Assembly (NCBI GenBank): GCA_965197905.1
Contig: CBDAOB010000005.1
Location: 1,536,001-1,600,000 of the forward strand
DNA: 64,000 nucleotides
Direction of reading: 5' to 3'
DNA from: Candidatus Latescibacterota bacterium
GTDB taxonomy: Bacteria > Latescibacterota > UBA2968 > UBA8231
Below are positions 20,024 to 30,068 of this stretch, piece by piece. Position numbers and translations under genes: made by a program. The notes under the pieces are model-generated. The model was not told the origin of the DNA, did no database searches, and worked only from the letters and a program-made list of their open reading frames with translations. Numbering within the stretch: position 1 is the first letter of the stretch; each line of letters begins with the position of its first letter.

Positions 20024-20915
20024 CAGTCTCCTCTAGGAGTTTTCGGGCATGCGCTTTTGCCGCCGTGTTTTGCAGCACCAAGCTTTCCTCGCCATCGACG
20101 GGCCGCTGCAACGCTTCGTTGAGCAACGAAACATACATCTCTCTGTCGAAAATCTGCCGCGCGTAATACTTCGCCATAAGTACGTGGACCATGAGAGCTC
20201 GATTGCGACTGATCTCCAGCGCCCTCTCGAAATGGACGCGGGCTTTGTCGGGGTTGCCCCCAAGAGAAGGGGGAAGTGTGGCGTGATACACCCCGAGAAA
20301 AACGTGCGGGCTGCCAAACTCTAATGATTCGTCTGTTTTCAGGACCCATTCCATCAGAACGATTACCTTGGGCATCTCTGCCAGTGCCGCCATCGAGTCC
20401 AGGGAGGCCCCAATCCACGCACCCCAACTGCTAGCGGCCCAGAACACCATCCTGACGTCACTTTCGTCGAGATGCTCCAGAAGCTGAACAAACTCCACGT
20501 ACGGCCGCGCCATCAACTGGTCTACCCCTTTTTTTTGCGCCAAAGCCCGTTGCCCATAGCTTTTTGCCCTCGCATACAGGTTTCTCGCCCGCGCCGGCTC
20601 AGACGCTTCCACCAAGGTTCCGTAGGAGACGTAGAGCTGGCTTGCCGAAGTCAGCAATTCGCGGTTGTTCGGATCGCTCTCCAGCAAACCCTCAAGGAGA
20701 AGAATGAAGGTTGGGACAGCATCGGTGAAGATAACGACGTCGTCCTGACGCGCGCTTGCCTGGGCCACATCTTTCATCAGTGAACCCGCCACCATGGAGC
20801 GCAATTTGGCGGCACAACCAGACGACAGAGTCAGGCAAACCGCGGTGCCGCCTGCTAGAAACAGAGTGCGCAGCGGTGGTCGCAATATTCTTTTTATTCG
20901 ATCCGAAGAGGGCAA
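20010..20915 (-). CDS. TPAT TatT component lipoprotein
   Basis: Lipobox SGC, P..LGG...KA..HFERA, QN..AK; first gene of the TRAP operon. Confidence 0.8.
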   Translation of the reverse strand: MPSSDRIKRILRPPLRTLFLAGGTAVCLTLSSGCAAKLRSMVAGSLMKDVAQASARQDDVVIFTDAVPTFILLLEGLLESDPNNRELLTSASQLYVSYGTLVEASEPARARNLYARAKSYGQRALAQKKGVDQLMARPYVEFVQLLEHLDESDVRMVFWAASSWGAWIGASLDSMAALAEMPKVIVLMEWVLKTDESLEFGSPHVFLGVYHATLPPSLGGNPDKARVHFERALEISRNRALMVHVLMAKYYARQIFDREMYVSLLNEALQRPVDGEESLVLQNTAAKAHARKLLEETDEFF

Positions 20916-21149
20916 TTTGTGAGGGATTTTGTTTGGTTCGGGAAGAAGCGATCGGCTTGGCCAAATATCCCATTAGGCCTTCTCGACGTCAAGATCGCAA
21001 CGTGCGATTGGCTGACACTGTAGGGCATACAAACCCGGCATCGTATGGTAGATACGACTCCTTTGAGCGGGTCGTTAGGCAGCGTCGAAAGCTGGTTCGC
21101 CAATACGCTACGTGGTTCCCATTCGCGGTTCGTGGCTTGATCTGAATGC

Positions 21150-22220
21150 TCACGATTTCTTCAACGCATCGAGGGAATCGCGGAGACAGCTCCAGGGATT
21201 CTGCGTCGATGCGCACCCGCCGCAGAGTTTCACCGTTTCTCGGAGGGATTTCGCTTTCGCCTTGTGAAGCTGCTCGAACAGGTCCATCTCCCGGTTGTAG
21301 CGTCGATACGACAGTAGCGCCGCATTGTTAATTTCCCACCGTTCGAAGTGGTCGTAGCGCCCCGAGGCGAACTGTGAGCGGTCGAAACTCGACTGCGCCG
21401 CCTCAAACACCTTTCTGCGTTCTTCCAGGACATAGTCGGATGGTAAGCCGAGTTCGTAGAGACTGTCCAACGCCGCAACGACCGTGGCCATGAAGGCGCG
21501 AAACCTGTGATCCTCTTCGCGGTGCGCGAGCAGCACCGAGACCTCACTCTCGGCGACGCCTGTGGATCTGAGGAACATGATTGAACCCGTATCCCCGACG
21601 AAAGAGGCCAAGCTTTCATTGAAGTCGGTGAATCCCTTTGCGAAGACCGTTCCGTGGGCGAGCTCGTGAATGATCAGCTCAGTCAGCCTGGCGTCATCGT
21701 ATTTCAGCATGGTGCTGAGCACCGGATCGGTGAAGTATCCCAATGTGCTATAGGCAGATACGGGCCGCATAACCACATCCAATCCCGTAGATTTAAGACG
21801 ATCTCGTTCCTCTACGGCGATATCTCTGCGAAAAAAACCTTTATAGGCCAGCTTGCCTACGATGGGGAAGCTCCAGGTGAACGGTTCGAACCGCGTGGGC
21901 GAGCAGGCACTGACGTTCCAGCTGACCGGTTCCCCTCCAGTATCGTGCAGGCAGGTGTAGTTATCGGACAGGGCTAATCCGAGCCGATCTTGGGCATAGC
22001 TGCGAACCGACTGAATCAGTTCGAGTTTTGCCCGAACCTCCGGCGAGACCTCTGCCGACGCCAGGAGAGTCTCGACCGGCTCACAATTACTCAGCACCCC
22101 TAACTGACCGTGAGCAAGGTGCAGGTAGTACGGGACCTCACAGCCAAGAGGAACGAAAAAAATACCGGACCAAAGGACGGTCCGGCACAATCTCAACCTC
22201 AGGTCTCGCAGGAAAGCCAC
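21150..22220 (-). CDS. Putative zinc aminopeptidase lipoprotein
   Basis: W.FPIVG...YKGFF, AYSTLG, HELAH...FNES. Confidence 0.8.
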   Translation of the reverse strand: MAFLRDLRLRLCRTVLWSGIFFVPLGCEVPYYLHLAHGQLGVLSNCEPVETLLASAEVSPEVRAKLELIQSVRSYAQDRLGLALSDNYTCLHDTGGEPVSWNVSACSPTRFEPFTWSFPIVGKLAYKGFFRRDIAVEERDRLKSTGLDVVMRPVSAYSTLGYFTDPVLSTMLKYDDARLTELIIHELAHGTVFAKGFTDFNESLASFVGDTGSIMFLRSTGVAESEVSVLLAHREEDHRFRAFMATVVAALDSLYELGLPSDYVLEERRKVFEAAQSSFDRSQFASGRYDHFERWEINNAALLSYRRYNREMDLFEQLHKAKAKSLRETVKLCGGCASTQNPWSCLRDSLDALKKS

Positions 22221-22224
22221 TCTT

Positions 22225-22776
22225 CTATTCGCTGCTGGCGTGACCTTCGTTTTTGCGGGCGACCTGGATAGCGGAATTGATTTCTTTCAGGTCTTGGTTG
22301 AGTTGCTCGATCATCTGGTTCGCGGCCGCCAGCTTGCTCTCGGCATCTTTGTAGATGGTCGTGTCTTCGGTAGCCTGTTCCGCTTGCCACCCTTTGAGGG
22401 TAATGTCATACGCCTCCAGTCGGACCAGCATCAGGTTCTTGATATCCCGATGGAGAGGAGCCAGCAGCGGGGGCGGTTGAATCTTTTCAAACTGCTCCAA
22501 AGCCGTCTTCAGTCGCGGCCTAACTCCTTCCATGACGGCAGCGAGATTCTGGCCGGTTGCCTTGCCGGAAGTGCCCACCACCCTGTCGACTTCCATTTGT
22601 AGCTCGCCAACTGTCCGAATGTAGGGATTTACGGCGTGCAAATAGCCGGAAACCTCCTCCAAAGTGCCGTAGGATGTTACCGTCGACTCCTGTTTGGAAG
22701 AATCTTGGGCGACCTGGTCGTCGCCCGAGCCGCAACCGATCGCAGCGATCAGTAAAAGCGCGAGGAAAAATATCAT
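22225..22776 (-). CDS. Hypothetical helical lipoprotein
   Basis: MIFFLALLLIAAIGC lipobox; helical character. Confidence 0.65.
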   Translation of the reverse strand: MIFFLALLLIAAIGCGSGDDQVAQDSSKQESTVTSYGTLEEVSGYLHAVNPYIRTVGELQMEVDRVVGTSGKATGQNLAAVMEGVRPRLKTALEQFEKIQPPPLLAPLHRDIKNLMLVRLEAYDITLKGWQAEQATEDTTIYKDAESKLAAANQMIEQLNQDLKEINSAIQVARKNEGHASSE

Positions 22777-22801
22777 GTTGCGTCCTTTGATAACGGGTTC
22801 G

Positions 22802-23557
22802 CTAAAGCTTGCTTTGAGCCTTGTCGCGACCGGCCAACGCGGCCGGGGACTCCGGATCAATGACCAGAGCCGTGTCGAAGCGTTCAACCGCTTGTTTCCA
22901 ATCACCCTGGTCCAGGTGAAGATTACCCAGTCCCAGATACGCGTCGACGGCATTGATGTTGAGTTTGATGGCTCGTTCGAAAGCACTCTGCGCCTTATCG
23001 TGCTTCTCCTTCTCCATGTACAGCTGGCCGAGGCGCAGGAAGGTCGCTGAGAAGGTCGAAAAACCCCTTGCCGATCTTTCGTAATAAGCTAAAGCGCTGT
23101 CCGCGTTGCCTTGGCGGTACTTAATCTCGCCAAGATGGTTGAGGGCAAGCGGGTGGGGGGGATGGAGAGAAATCGTCTCTTCGAATGCCAGCTTGGCTGC
23201 GTTGTCGTCTCCGGCCTCGAGCGCGTCCAATCCGCGTTGGTATGGAATGTTCGTTCCCCGCTGTAGATACATATCGGCAAGGTAGCGATTTCCCTGAGCG
23301 GCATATGCCTGGGACAACTTCACCAGCACCACCGGATTGAGCGAATCGCGATGCAGCACGACGCGAAACTCAGCTATGGCCGGCTCGATCTCCCCGGCTT
23401 TGAGGTATTGGTCGCCGAGCTCCAGGCTTCCTTTGGCTTGGGGCGCTTCTGGTTGGCCGCATCCGAAGGGGAGAGCCAGCAGCAGAAACATGCAGGCAAT
23501 GGCGGAGAAAGCGGTGGAAACCGGCAGGCGGGTACTAAAAAAAAGGTGGAAGGGCAC
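22802..23557 (-). CDS. TPR repeat lipoprotein
   Basis: Lipobox FGC; several TPR-like repeats. Confidence 0.8.
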   Translation of the reverse strand: MPFHLFFSTRLPVSTAFSAIACMFLLLALPFGCGQPEAPQAKGSLELGDQYLKAGEIEPAIAEFRVVLHRDSLNPVVLVKLSQAYAAQGNRYLADMYLQRGTNIPYQRGLDALEAGDDNAAKLAFEETISLHPPHPLALNHLGEIKYRQGNADSALAYYERSARGFSTFSATFLRLGQLYMEKEKHDKAQSAFERAIKLNINAVDAYLGLGNLHLDQGDWKQAVERFDTALVIDPESPAALAGRDKAQSKL

Positions 23558-23561
23558 AGTC

Positions 23562-24050
23562 TCAGGTCGTACTGACTATCTTCTCGCCGTCAAAGATGAG
23601 ATTGCCATCGCGATCGAGTACCCTGCCATCGGCAGTGAACTCGTATTTCATCGATTGACCAAGGGTCAAATGGCGTTGGACTTTGTCCAGGTCTCTGTAC
23701 TTTTCGATCAGCTTTTCAATGGGTCCTTCGAATGAGGTCGGGCGCCAGTTTGGACGGTCTTTGTCGCGCTCCTGCCTCTCCTCCGAAGTCATTATCGGCA
23801 GTCGTTCAGCCGCCGGCGTGAAGCGTCCCGCCATTGCCTGCTGCCGGCGATATTTTTCGTGCCGCTTCTCCGATTCCGAGAGCAACTCATCGGGAATCTC
23901 TTCGAGAGCGCCTGTGCCTTCACGTTCCCTCCGAGCCTGGTCTTTGCCTCTGGCTTCTTCTACCTCTCGTTGAATACGCTGCTCTCTCTCGGTTTCGAGG
24001 CTCTGATCGACGCCAAGTTTTCGCAGTACCGATCGCGCGGCGCTGTTCAT
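23562..24050 (-). CDS. Hypothetical charged protein
   Basis: 162-aa ORF co-oriented with and abutting the TPR gene. Confidence 0.6.
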   Translation of the reverse strand: MNSAARSVLRKLGVDQSLETEREQRIQREVEEARGKDQARREREGTGALEEIPDELLSESEKRHEKYRRQQAMAGRFTPAAERLPIMTSEERQERDKDRPNWRPTSFEGPIEKLIEKYRDLDKVQRHLTLGQSMKYEFTADGRVLDRDGNLIFDGEKIVSTT

Positions 24051-24215
24051 GCGTTATCGCTCCCTGTTTGCGGCAAATGCGGTGAGATCGTCAAAATCAA
24101 ATATAGATCCGCTGGGGGATTTGGCAAATGGTTGGAGTAGTAATTATCTTAGGAACAACGAATTAGGTCATTCTGATTCGCTCGCCACGAATCCCATTCC
24201 CCGCGGAGATCGATC

Positions 24216-24368
24216 ATGAGCCCTCCTGAAGACCCGAAAAAGGATTCCGAGGAAGAAGAACCAGAAGATCGCGAGAAGAAGCTGGAGCGACTCAAAACTA
24301 TGGTCTTCGATCAAGGTCAGGATGCCGCCCGGGTTCTCAAGATGTGGCTCCATAAGGACAACGAGTAA
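24216..24368 (+). CDS. 50-aa small protein absent from the ORF track, FliF C-terminus-like
   Basis: GGAG RBS; MSPPEDPKKDSEEEEPEDREKKLERLKTMVFDQGQDAARVLKMWLHKDNE*; ends 17 bp before mreB. Confidence 0.55.
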   Translation: MSPPEDPKKDSEEEEPEDREKKLERLKTMVFDQGQDAARVLKMWLHKDNE

Positions 24369-24385
24369 CCGTGCGGAGCAAATAA

Positions 24386-25405
24386 ATGGGTTTTCTGTCT
24401 CGCTTTCTTTCGAACGACATCGGCATAGATCTCGGTACTGCCAATACGCTGATCTACGTCAAAGGCGAAGGAATCGTCTTGAACGAACCTTCAATCGTGG
24501 CCAGGTCGATCATGACCAAGAAGGTTATCGCCGTTGGTCGAGAAGCTAAGGAGATGCTGGGCCGGACGAACTCCGAACTGGAGACGATCAGACCGCTGAA
24601 GGATGGTGTGATCGCCGATTTCGAAGTCACCGAAGAGATGATCAGGTACTTCATTCGAAGAGTGCAGAAGAACAAACTCTTTGTACGACCGCGCATCGTT
24701 GTATCGGTACCATCGGGAAGCACGGAAGTGGAGAAGCGGGCGGTCCGAAACTCGTGCGAACGGGTGGGAGCCCGCGAGGTGCATCTCGTCAGCGAACCGA
24801 TGGCGGCCGCGATCGGCATCGGCTTGCCCGTAGAGCAAGCGGTCGGTTCGATGGTCATCGATATCGGCGGAGGGACTACCGAGATTGCAGTGATTGCATT
24901 GTCTGGTATTGTCACCCATGAATCGATTAGGGTCGCGGGCGACGCCATGGATCAGTCCCTGATCGACTGGATGCGCAAGAAATACAACCTGGCGATCGGT
25001 CCGCGAGGGGCAGAACAGATCAAGCTGCAGATCGGGTCGGCGATGGCCATGGAACCGGAAGAAGAGGCTCCGGTGCGGGGGCTGGACCTCGTGGCCGCCA
25101 TTCCGAAGACGCTCATGGTGGACTCGCGCGAGATACGCGAAGCTCTGCGCGATCCGGTGGAGCAGATCGTCGCCGGGGTTCGCCGAGCGCTGGAGCGCAC
25201 TCCACCAGAAGTTGCCGCCGATATTCTTGATCGCGGAATAGTGCTGAGCGGAGGAGGCAGCAAGCTCCGAGGATTGAAGGAGCGCCTCATCGAAGGCACC
25301 AGCCTGCCCACCTTTCTCGACACGGAAGATCCGTTGGCCGCGGTCGTTCGCGGCAATGCAAAAATCCTCGAAGAGTTCGATCGACTCCAGAAGGTTCTGT
25401 ACTGA
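24386..25405 (+). CDS. mreB: Rod shape-determining protein MreB
   Basis: IDLGTANT, RPLKDGVIADF, DIGGGTTE. Confidence 0.97.
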   Translation: MGFLSRFLSNDIGIDLGTANTLIYVKGEGIVLNEPSIVARSIMTKKVIAVGREAKEMLGRTNSELETIRPLKDGVIADFEVTEEMIRYFIRRVQKNKLFVRPRIVVSVPSGSTEVEKRAVRNSCERVGAREVHLVSEPMAAAIGIGLPVEQAVGSMVIDIGGGTTEIAVIALSGIVTHESIRVAGDAMDQSLIDWMRKKYNLAIGPRGAEQIKLQIGSAMAMEPEEEAPVRGLDLVAAIPKTLMVDSREIREALRDPVEQIVAGVRRALERTPPEVAADILDRGIVLSGGGSKLRGLKERLIEGTSLPTFLDTEDPLAAVVRGNAKILEEFDRLQKVLY

Positions 25406-25422
25406 CCGTTCCTTTCTGCTGA

Positions 25423-26196
25423 ATGCCCGTACATCGAAATCTCGTCGTTTCTGGCGCTGCGCTGCTACTGTGTCTGGCTTTGATGTTGTTGCCGGACAGC
25501 CAGCAACAGTTCGTCGCCGAACGAATCCGATCGACGCTATGGACGACCGGCCAATGGGTCTTCTCGCGGGTAATCCGCTATGCGAAAAACGAGGAGAAAA
25601 GCAAATTCCTGCTGACCCAAAACGTTGAGCTGGCCCTGGAAAACATGCAGCTCCGCGAGGCGAAATGGGAGAATCAAAGACTCCGCCGCGCATTGGACTT
25701 CAAGCGCGAGGAGACCGAATGGAGAATCGTGGCGGCTGAGGTTATTGGCCGCGACCCCGATCAGATCAACGATTCCATCATCATCAACGCCGGCACCGAT
25801 AGGGGCATAGAAAAGGACTGGCCAGTGGTTACGGCGCGGGGATTGGTCGGCCATGTATTGCAGGCCGATGAACGCAGTTCGGTGGTGCAGCTACTGGTCA
25901 GAACCCGGGTAAGCGCCATTGTTCAAGGGCGCGAACGAGCTCAAGGGATTGTCATGTGGCTCCATGGCCAACGTTTCCGCTTGGCGATGGTAGAGGCAGG
26001 TGCGCTCATACGAGAAGGGGACCGGGTGGTGTCTTCGGGTTTGGGAGGGCGTTATCCGAAGGGAATTCCTATCGGCTACGTTGTCGAGGTAAGCGAAGAG
26101 AGCAAGGACCCGCTGTTCAAAGAGGTGTTGCTAGAATCCAACGTGGACTTTCAAGGCCTCGAAGAGGTGTTTGCGGTAATGCCACAACCTGGTTGA
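25423..26196 (+). CDS. mreC: Rod shape-determining protein MreC
   Basis: EN.RLR..L, GLVG, SSGLGG.YPKGIPIG. Confidence 0.92.
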   Translation: MPVHRNLVVSGAALLLCLALMLLPDSQQQFVAERIRSTLWTTGQWVFSRVIRYAKNEEKSKFLLTQNVELALENMQLREAKWENQRLRRALDFKREETEWRIVAAEVIGRDPDQINDSIIINAGTDRGIEKDWPVVTARGLVGHVLQADERSSVVQLLVRTRVSAIVQGRERAQGIVMWLHGQRFRLAMVEAGALIREGDRVVSSGLGGRYPKGIPIGYVVEVSEESKDPLFKEVLLESNVDFQGLEEVFAVMPQPG

Positions 26197-26207
26197 GCGT
26201 GAAAGTC

Positions 26208-26236
26208 TTGACACCCCTATGGGCATTACCTATTCT
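26208..26236 (+). promoter_or_regulatory. sigma70-like promoter for HU-bS22-tRNA
   Basis: TTGACA-17 bp-TATTCT. Confidence 0.6.
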
Positions 26237-26310
26237 AGGAGTTGCAGTTACGATAACTCAGCGGCAGCAGTGACAGCCGAGATTCGCCGCTCAGGTAGGG
26301 AGGGTTGGTC

Positions 26311-26640
26311 TTGACCAAAGCAGACATTGTTCGTCAGATAGCCCAAGGAACGGGACTTACGAAGACAGATACCGCAGCTGTTGTCGACAGCTTTATCGAA
26401 TCGGTTATAGAAGCGATGGAGCAGGGACAGCATATCGAGATTCGAGGTTTTGGTACGTTCAGAACGGTTGTCCGCGCGCCACGTACAGGGCGCAACCCGA
26501 GAACCGGTTCGGAAGTCAAGATATCGAGCCGTCGCGCGCCAACGTTCAAACCGTCCAAAGAGCTTCGGGATCGAGTAGAGCAGAACTCAACATCAGGAGA
26601 AAAGAAAGATGCCGTGTGGGAGGAAGAGAAAGCGGCATAA
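26311..26640 (+). CDS. hup: HU/IHF family DNA-binding protein
   Basis: TKADIV, IEIRGFGTF, GRNPRTG, FKPSKEL. Confidence 0.93.
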   Translation: MTKADIVRQIAQGTGLTKTDTAAVVDSFIESVIEAMEQGQHIEIRGFGTFRTVVRAPRTGRNPRTGSEVKISSRRAPTFKPSKELRDRVEQNSTSGEKKDAVWEEEKAA

Positions 26641-26704
26641 GATCGCTACTCACAAACGCAAAAAACGACTCCGAAAGAATCGACACAAGAAAGGGATCAA
26701 CTAG
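26609..26704 (+). CDS. Small ribosomal protein bS22 (AURKAIP1/COX24 family)
   Basis: MPCGRKRKRHKIATHKRKKRLRKNRHKKGIN*; AGGAG RBS at 26595. Confidence 0.85.
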   Translation: MPCGRKRKRHKIATHKRKKRLRKNRHKKGIN

Positions 26705-26719
26705 CTCTCCGTCGGATTC

Positions 26720-26796
26720 GGGCTATTAGCTCAGTTGGATAGAGCGCCAGTCTCCGGAACTGGAGGTCGCAGGTTCGAATCCTGCATAGCTCACCA
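26720..26796 (+). tRNA. tRNA-Arg(CCG)
   Basis: Cloverleaf; anticodon arm CCAGT-CTCCGGA-ACTGG; GTTCGAATC; CCA end. Confidence 0.93.
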
Positions 26797-26814
26797 GTTG
26801 TCGCTCTCATAGGT

Positions 26815-26892
<78 letters not shown>

Positions 26893-26907
26893 TGATTTCT
26901 TCGAAGA

Positions 26908-26943
26908 GAAAGGGCTTTGGGCTTCGTAGCTCAGAGCCCCTTC
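26908..26943 (+). other. Stable hairpin between the two tRNA-Pro genes
   Basis: GGGCTTTGGGC-TTCGTA-GCTCAGAGCCC. Confidence 0.5.
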
Positions 26944-26954
26944 TTATCCTAAAA

Positions 26955-27032
26955 CGGGGTGTAGCGCAGCCCGGCTAGCGCACCTGCTTCGGGAGCAGGG
27001 GGTCGGCGGTTCGAATCCGCCCACCCCGACCA
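26955..27032 (+). tRNA. tRNA-Pro(CGG)
   Basis: Anticodon arm CCTGC-TTCGGGA-GCAGG; GTTCGAATC; CCA end. Confidence 0.93.
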
Positions 27033-27036
27033 TTGT

Positions 27037-27074
27037 AAACCCTTGTGAGACACGATCTTGCAGGGGTTTTATTT
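27037..27074 (+). terminator. Terminator after the tRNA cluster
   Basis: AAACCCTTGTGAGA...TCTTGCAGGGGTTT followed by TATTT. Confidence 0.6.
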
Positions 27075-27759
27075 GTCCCCTCTCTGGTCTGTATTGGGCA
27101 AATGTGCACGGATTGTGCACGAACTTGGGAGTAAACGTGCAGATCAATATCGCTGAGCAGCAGGTGAATGTAGCTGGATAAGTTTCAGCTTCAGTGCACC
27201 CTCCTCCAGGTAGCCGCTGAATGCCGGCCTTACCACTGGATCCCCCGAGCCTGAAGCTCCCGTCTCAATTTTTGCAGGGCTCCGCCAACCACGCGCCCAT
27301 TCCGGGATTTCGAATTCTTCATGAACGGAACTACAAATCACTGCAAATGAGCCCACCTGCGTTCGGAGTCAACTATACTTCGAGGTGCTGCAATCAAGAA
27401 CTGCTTCTTCAGGCGCAAAACCCCATTGCAGTTTTAGCAGGTTCATGTTGCTTTTGAGATTCCCTGAACGAAGCGATTCCACCTGCTTGCTAAGGTATGT
27501 CTGGTAAAAACTTGTTGTTTCTGCAAGACTGTTTAGAATTTGATGGTCTTGCAGAACCAAGAGGAGGTAATCGGCATGCCAAATCCAGGAGTGCTGGAAA
27601 GAGTTGGATCGACAGCAGAACGGCTGCGCCAGCTGCCGTACGAGAAGCGGGTGTGCAAGACGGAAGCCTACCCCGCGGTCTCCCGGCCGAACAAAGAGTA
27701 CACCGGACTGTCCGTCGCTGAGTTCGCCGAATGGGCCGCGGATGTGGGCCTGGAGGCCA

Positions 27760-28040
27760 CGGTTCTGAAGGGAGGAATCGATCGCGGCACCCTGGCAAAT
27801 GCGGAGAGCGGCGTCTTTCTGGAAAGCGCCCACGGGATCCCGCACGTGCGCATTAAAACACCGTCGCATCGGCACGATGACGCCCCGGAGTTCAACCCCA
27901 TCTACGACATCACCTCCGATCCTCAGCAGCAGGATCCCATCCGCGACCCGAACCTCGAAGCGGAGCTCGCCGGCAGAATGAAGGAGCAACTCCAGCGCTT
28001 CGGAGCTCCGGAATGTCAGTACGCCCGCCTCGGACTGTAG
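27760..28040 (+). pseudogene. C-terminal fragment of a sulfatase-like protein
   Basis: IYDITSDPQQQDPI...GAPECQYARLGL tail; N-terminal CxPxR absent. Confidence 0.55.
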
Positions 28041-28042
28041 GA

Positions 28043-30068
28043 GTGAAGCCTCTCCCGCGAAGCCAGACCCAGTTTTCCGACGCCGATTTTCTTGGCGAAT
28101 TCGACCTCACACACCGCGGACTGAGCCGCGTCAGAAAGCATTTCGACGCGGGAGATCTTCCAAAGGCGCGGAGTGCGCTGGTCGAGTATTTCCGCACCCG
28201 CCGCCGGCCCCGCTGGCTCTTCGATCTCCGGGACGGCCGCCGGGGCGAGGTCTGCCACCTCTGGCAACCCGAGCTTCGCTGTCGAGCTCGGGACCACCTG
28301 AGCAAGGCGAACCTCGCCCTCGACAACCATTTCGTCCTGGTGGACGGGATAGAGCGCGAGTTCGGTCCGGACCTCGATTGGGTGACACCCGAAACCCGCA
28401 GCCTGATGCCCCCCGGCAACCTCTTCAAATGCTGCCACGTCCTGCGACACCTCGCCGTCGCCCACGCCTCGACGCGAAAGGCCGTCTACGCCGCGAAGTT
28501 CGCCGAACTCGCCTCCAGGTGGGTCTCCGACTGGCCGCTGAAGCTCGACCGATCGTTCACCGGCGAGGCGATGATCTTCTCGAAGTACTACGGCGAAAAG
28601 ACGATGCCTGCCGGCCACCGGCTCTTCAACTGGATAACCTGTCTTCAGAGCGGGATCCTGTTTGCCCCCAGCGTTCCCGGCGATACGGCCTTCGCCTTTA
28701 TCAAGGCGATGTGGTTCGCCGCCGCCGCCTACCAACATTTCGCGCGCCTGGCCTACAAGCACACCGACCCACGCGCCGCCACGCGCACCTACAACGTCCC
28801 GGGAATCATGGGGGCCCACAGCAACCATCACCTGATGTGCTCGGGCAACGTCCCGGCAGTAATGGGGATGTTCTTCCCGGAGACACCCCGTCTGCAGAGT
28901 CTGATCGATCTGGCGCGGAAAAACCTGGCGCTCCACGCAGACGGCAGCTTCCTCTCGGACGGCGGCTACCGGGAGCGCTCCAGCGGCTACTCAGCCGCCG
29001 CCCTCAGCATGTTTCTGGGCCCCCCTCGTGATCGCGAAGCTGAACCGCGTTCGTCTGCTCGACCGCAAAGGCCTGGGTGTCATCCGCAAAGCCAGCGAGC
29101 AGATCGCGCAAACCGTGCTGCCGTCCGGCCACCTGCCGCCAGTGGGCGATTCGTTCCCTCCCGCCGAGCCTGAGATCGCCGGCGTCCTCGGGCTGGCGGA
29201 CTTCGTCTACCGAAGCGAGATCTGCGCCACCGTGCTGCGGCGCACGGGGCTGACTCGACATCTGCCCGCGTCCCTGCGCCCCGACGCTGCCCGCACCAAG
29301 GCTCGCCTGCCCACGGCGATCCGCTACCCCGCCACTGGAATCGGCATCATCCGCAGCTCCTGGCAGCGAACCGCCTCGGCAATGACGATCAACATCCCCG
29401 ACGGCGACAACACCTACACTGGCCACGCCCACGATGACAGTCTGTCGGTCAGCTTCGTCGGCGCAGGCGTCCCCTTTCTGTGGCTGCCGGCAAACGAGCT
29501 CTACGACCACGTCAACGGGAAACGCTACTTCGGCACGGAGTTCCGGGGCTATCTCTACTCCGAGCTCTCCAAGAATGTGGTGCTGGTCCGGGCCGATCTC
29601 CGACAGCTGCCTTTGGAGCTCGCCGACTCCTGGGGGGCGCGGACGATTCCCGTCGACAGCTCTCTCGAGATCGGCCGACGGAGGGCGCGACTCAGGACGA
29701 GCCAGCTCCCGCACCGCGGCAGCACGCGGTGGCGGCGGGAGATCGGCCTATATAACAATGAATGGGCGATCCGGGACCGGGTGGAGGGTAGTAGCGGCGG
29801 ACGCCGACGCCACACCGCCCTGTTCCACTTCGCCTACGGGGTCGATCTGAGCGAAACGAAGCGGGGGTTCGCCGCGACGCGCGACGGCGTCAGGGTGCAC
29901 ATTCAGTTCAGCGATGAGCGCCTTGGAGCGGTGCGGTTGAGGCGCAATGTCAGATGGCTGCGGCCCAACGCGCACCGCAGGGACCAGCCAGCACCCTGGA
30001 CGCTGGAGGTGCGCTTCGGCGGCAGCGACGATGATTCATTACTCACCAGACTCACCGTCCGCGAGTAA
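28043..30068 (+). pseudogene. Heparinase II/III-like protein, frameshifted at the C-run 29020-29025
   Basis: YFRTR, SNH, DGGYRERSSGY in ORF1; GHAHDDSLS and FHFA in ORF2; removing one C fuses them. Confidence 0.75.

Noticed and set aside
20916..21149. Possible ncRNA or riboswitch before tatT
   Set aside because: No recognisable family motif or convincing structure.
24491..25693. Long antisense ORFs (for example 400 aa opposite mreB, 313 aa opposite pnp, 321 aa opposite the sulfatase)
   Set aside because: Shadow ORFs expected from GC-rich codon bias opposite well-supported genes.
27075..27260. Possible integrase C-terminal remnant reading toward the tRNA (YIHLL)
   Set aside because: Too short and degenerate to support.
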